Positions 60,866 to 64,000 of a DNA stretch of 64,000 bases are shown here, piece by piece. This stretch comes from an uncultured Candidatus Binatia bacterium. Its GTDB lineage: Bacteria > Desulfobacterota > Binatia > UBA9968 > CAXXLF01. How positions within the stretch are numbered: position 1 is the first letter of the stretch; each line of letters starts with the position of its first letter. Position numbers and translations under genes: made by a program. Location: positions 2,208,001-2,272,000 of the forward strand of contig OZ244621.1 of NCBI GenBank assembly GCA_965218425.1, in the 5' to 3' direction. The notes beneath the pieces are model-generated. The model was given only the letters and a program-made list of their open reading frames with translations, made no database searches and was not told where the DNA came from.

Positions 60866-61171
60866 GGTGTTTCCTCCTATGCGGTAGCTTTCATGTTAAA
60901 GTCGCGGCGATCCGATTCGACGACCGCCCGGAGACCCTGCGCAATCGTCTGCTCCACCGACTGCGGGTACGGGTAGTCCCGCTTCTTGTCGCATCGTGCG
61001 CTGCCGCGGCGGCTACCCTTGCCGGCCCGACGACCGTGACGGTCGGGGCTCTCGCGTGCTCTTGCGGCCGGTTTGTTTCACTCCGCTGACGGGCGCTCCT
61101 AAATAGTGGACCACTGGAAAAGTGTCAACCGGAAACCGACCCGTATCGTCTGCGCCTCATGGCTTATTGTC

Positions 61172-61486
61172 TCATGCTCCTCGCTCGCTGAGCGCACGCA
61201 CGACCGCCTCGGGGTCACGGTCGATGACTGTCAGCAGGACGCGGGCGGCGCGACCTGGAACACGGCGCCCCTGTTCCCAATCTTGCACGGCGCGCGCGTC
61301 GAGACCGAATCGGTCCGCGAACTTCCGGCGACTCAACTTCATACGCTTCCGTAGCGCAAGAATATGCTTTGCAGATGGATCGTCGACAATGCGGCACGGC
61401 AGATTCACTTCGCCGCGCACATGGGCAAGAACCTCGCCCAAGGCTGCCTCTACCTCCTGACCCGCCTGGGTTCGTCCTGTCTTCAT
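61172..61486 (-). CDS. higA: HigA-like HTH antitoxin
   Basis: LSRRKFADRFGL..VQDWEQGRR.P..AARVLL. Confidence 0.88.
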   Translation of the reverse strand: MKTGRTQAGQEVEAALGEVLAHVRGEVNLPCRIVDDPSAKHILALRKRMKLSRRKFADRFGLDARAVQDWEQGRRVPGRAARVLLTVIDRDPEAVVRALSERGA

Positions 61487-61815
61487 CGGCTTGCCTCCTC
61501 TTTCTTGATCGCGGCCACCAGCCGCGACAGGGTTTTTCTGTCTGCCGGAGTCAGGTCGTCACGGTCGGCCTTTGCATAGGCTGTCAGCATGTAGATTGTC
61601 TCCGGTCCTGCGTGATGGAAGTAAATCGTCCGGATTCCACCTCGCTTCCCTCGTCCCGATCCTGTCCAACGCAACTTGCGAATACCTCCCGTTCCCCGAA
61701 GCAAAGGCGCTCTGCCGGGATCGGCACCGATCGCCGCCTCCATTTTCCGGCGATCATCTTCCGACATGAGCTTGCGAACGGCGCGCTCGTAGGTCCTGGT
61801 GGTGAAGATTCGCAC
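61483..61815 (-). CDS. higB: HigB-2/RelE-like toxin
   Basis: GTGGIRKLRW..GRGKRGGIRTIY, AYAK..DL. Confidence 0.9.
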   Translation of the reverse strand: MRIFTTRTYERAVRKLMSEDDRRKMEAAIGADPGRAPLLRGTGGIRKLRWTGSGRGKRGGIRTIYFHHAGPETIYMLTAYAKADRDDLTPADRKTLSRLVAAIKKEEASR

Positions 61816-61823
61816 AGGTCTTA

Positions 61824-61852
61824 ACTATGCGGCAATGCCGCGCAATTATCAA
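61824..61852 (-). promoter_or_regulatory. higBA promoter/operator
   Basis: TTGATA-N17-CATAGT containing the palindrome GCGGCA-T-TGCCGC, 8 nt before the GTG start. Confidence 0.6.
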
Positions 61853-61942
61853 GGGCGGCCTCACTGACGACTTCAACTTAGAAGCGGCGCTGTTGCGCGA
61901 TTCAACCCAGGCGCGGGCGGGGCCGCTTTCCCGACCTCTCGT

Positions 61943-64000
61943 TCACGACACCACGGCGGCGGCATCGTCACGCGTGCCGCGAATCGACCATCCGGTGGTC
62001 AGCCCGACGACGAACCAACCCATCGCCAGCATTCCGGCGGCGAACACGGTGTCTCCGATCGCGCGGAGCCAGCGAAAAGTCTCCATTAACGGTGTCTGGA
62101 GGAATTCGGCGGATCGCGCGTACCACATCCCGTGCTCGACACTGGCCCAGGTCTGTGCGAGTCCGACCGGGAGCAGGCTGAGGACGACCATCAACCCCAG
62201 GCCGATGTTCATCGCCCAGAAGGCGAAGGTCAACGCGCCGGTGCGCCAGGCCTGGCGCATCGTCAGAACACGGAGGCTCAGAAGCGTGAGACCGATGCCC
62301 AGCATGCCGTAAACGCCGAAGAGGGCGGCATGTGCGTGCACCGGCGTCGTATTCAGGCCCTGCATGTAGTAGAGCGCGATCGGCGGGTTGATCAGGAACC
62401 CGAACAGTCCGGCTCCCACCAGGTTCCAGAACGCGACGGCAGTGAAGAAATAGATGGGCCACTTGTAGTTTCGGACCCAGGAAGTCAGGCGGGTCAGGGA
62501 CCAATTGTCGTAACCCTCGTAACCGATCATCACCAGCGGCATGAGTTCCAGCGCGCTGAAGGTGCCTCCGAGCGCCAGGACGGCGGGAGTCGTCCCTGTG
62601 AAGTACAGGTGGTGAAACGTGCCCAGCACGCCGCCGGTCAGGTAGAGGATGGTCGTGAACAGTACGGCCATCGTCGCGGACCGGACACGAACCAGCCCCA
62701 GCCGCGTGAACACGAAGGCGATGATCGAGACGGCGAACACCTCGAAGAAGCCTTCCACCCACAGGTGGACGACCCACCAGCGCCAGTACTCTGCAATCGC
62801 CAGGTTCGTTTCCCGCCCCCACATCAGGCCGGCGCCGTAGAACAGGGCGATCGCCCCCACCGACAGCGTGAAGACCCACAGCAACTGGCGGTCTACGCCG
62901 CTGGCCCGCCGGAGGGCCGGCCGGATGGCCCGCAGCATCAACGCCAGCCAGAAGATCAGTCCGGCGAAAAGAAGAATCTGCCACAGCCGCCCCAGATCGA
63001 CGTACTCATACCCTTGATGACCGACCCAGAAGTTGAGGATGTTTCCCAGTTTCTGGTGGATGGCGAAGGCCTGCCCTGCCATCGAGCCTCCGACGACGAG
63101 GATAAGCGCCGCGAAGAGCGTGTTCACCCCGGCTCGCTGGAACCTCGGCTCGTGCCCGGCAATGATCGGCACCAGGCAGAGGCCGGTGGCGAGCCAGGAC
63201 GTCGCGATCCAGAAGATGCCGAGTTGCACGTGCCAGGTGCGCGCGAGCGAATACGGCACCCAGTCGGCCAGCGGGATTCCGTAAAATGCCGTGCCCTCCA
63301 CACCGTAGTGGGCGGTTACGATTCCGGCCGCCATCTGGACGAGCAGCAGTGCGCCGACGACCCAGAAGTACTTGGCCGTGGCCCGCATGGAAGGCGTCGG
63401 CTCGACACCGATGAGCGGGTCCCTGGGCGGCGACGCCTGCGAACTGCTCCAGTCTCGGCGCGTCGCGGCGTAGAACCAGGCCAGCCCTCCGATTCCGCCC
63501 AGGAGCAGTACGAAACTCCCCACCGACACGAGCACGATCAGGCCGGTCGGTCGGTTTCCGATCAAGTCTTCAGGAGGCCAGTTGTTCGTGTAAGTGATGT
63601 CGCGGCCGGGGCGCTCGGTCGCGCAAGCCCACGTGGCCCAGAAGAAGAAAGACGCCAACTCGACGCGGCGTTCGTGGGTCGACACCGTGTCGGGCGGCAT
63701 CGCGTAGCTTTCCCGCAAGGCGGCCATTTCCGGATCGCGCCCGAACAGCCCCGTATAGTGACGCTGGACGGCGCGGATGGCTTGTGCCCGTAGCGGCGAT
63801 ACGCGAACCGTCCCGGTCGCCGGGTCATAGGTGTTGGTTCGTATTTCCGCCTCCAGTCGCGCCCGCAGCGCGGCCCGGCGTTCCGGATCCAGTTCCGCGT
63901 ACGCCCGGTTTGATTCGTCCTTCGCCCAGGCGTCCAGGATCCAGACGGCTTCTCGATGGAGCCAGTCCGCGGTCCAATCCGGCGCGGTATATGCCCCGTG
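61943..64000 (-). CDS. norB: Quinol-dependent nitric oxide reductase (qNOR), 5' end outside the window
   Basis: Frame open to the window edge (HGAYTAPDWTADWLHRE); YTNNWP, RTWHVQL, WWVVHLWVEGFFEVF, GTFHHLYF, SALE, HAHAALFGVYG. Confidence 0.95.
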   Translation of the reverse strand, partial: HGAYTAPDWTADWLHREAVWILDAWAKDESNRAYAELDPERRAALRARLEAEIRTNTYDPATGTVRVSPLRAQAIRAVQRHYTGLFGRDPEMAALRESYAMPPDTVSTHERRVELASFFFWATWACATERPGRDITYTNNWPPEDLIGNRPTGLIVLVSVGSFVLLLGGIGGLAWFYAATRRDWSSSQASPPRDPLIGVEPTPSMRATAKYFWVVGALLLVQMAAGIVTAHYGVEGTAFYGIPLADWVPYSLARTWHVQLGIFWIATSWLATGLCLVPIIAGHEPRFQRAGVNTLFAALILVVGGSMAGQAFAIHQKLGNILNFWVGHQGYEYVDLGRLWQILLFAGLIFWLALMLRAIRPALRRASGVDRQLLWVFTLSVGAIALFYGAGLMWGRETNLAIAEYWRWWVVHLWVEGFFEVFAVSIIAFVFTRLGLVRVRSATMAVLFTTILYLTGGVLGTFHHLYFTGTTPAVLALGGTFSALELMPLVMIGYEGYDNWSLTRLTSWVRNYKWPIYFFTAVAFWNLVGAGLFGFLINPPIALYYMQGLNTTPVHAHAALFGVYGMLGIGLTLLSLRVLTMRQAWRTGALTFAFWAMNIGLGLMVVLSLLPVGLAQTWASVEHGMWYARSAEFLQTPLMETFRWLRAIGDTVFAAGMLAMGWFVVGLTTGWSIRGTRDDAAAVVS

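Noticed and set aside
61088..61125. Possible IS3-like terminal repeat (TGAC...AAATAGTGGACCA)
   Set aside because: Short resemblance only, with no transposase or partner end; too weak to list as a feature.
62132..63793. 553-aa plus-strand ORF and similar long overlapping ORFs (28445, 32438, 38574, 44219)
   Set aside because: Antisense or alternate-frame shadows of GC-rich genes, with no recognisable motifs.
61943..64000. NO dismutase (Nod)
   Set aside because: HLWVEGFFE, GTFHH, SALE and quinol-site-like H/R/D residues are canonical qNOR.

Overview
Bacterial window, probably a deltaproteobacterial/Binatia-like genome or MAG (inferred from gene order only), with three blocks. (1) 1-13.8 kb: a genomic island ending at the 3' end of a tRNA-Pro(CGG), with a dead integrase and excisionase remnants. 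It carries an arylsulfotransferase-like gene plus a TRAP transporter and, divergently, an operon fdrA - DUF1116 - cyanuric acid hydrolase/barbiturase-family ring-opening amidohydrolase - carbamate kinase - CodA/AtzC-like deaminase - DUF2877. This looks like a cyclic-ureide/s-triazine catabolic route coupled to carbamoyl-phosphate ATP formation. (2) 14-27.5 kb: housekeeping genes (rpe, fmt, def, priA, aroC/K/B/Q), a pilQ remnant and several gene fragments. (3) 27.6-64 kb: a mosaic, repeat-punctuated accessory region. It holds a Slam/type XI secretion locus with two TbpB-barrel lipoproteins (one with a coiled-coil tandem-repeat stalk and a triplicated promoter region, one with a leishmanolysin-like Zn protease domain), three 8-stranded-type OM barrels, about nine intact or decayed toxin-antitoxin loci, several direct-repeat-bounded modules, mlaA and a quinol-type NO reductase that runs off the right edge. 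All family calls come from motif recognition by eye; no searches were run.
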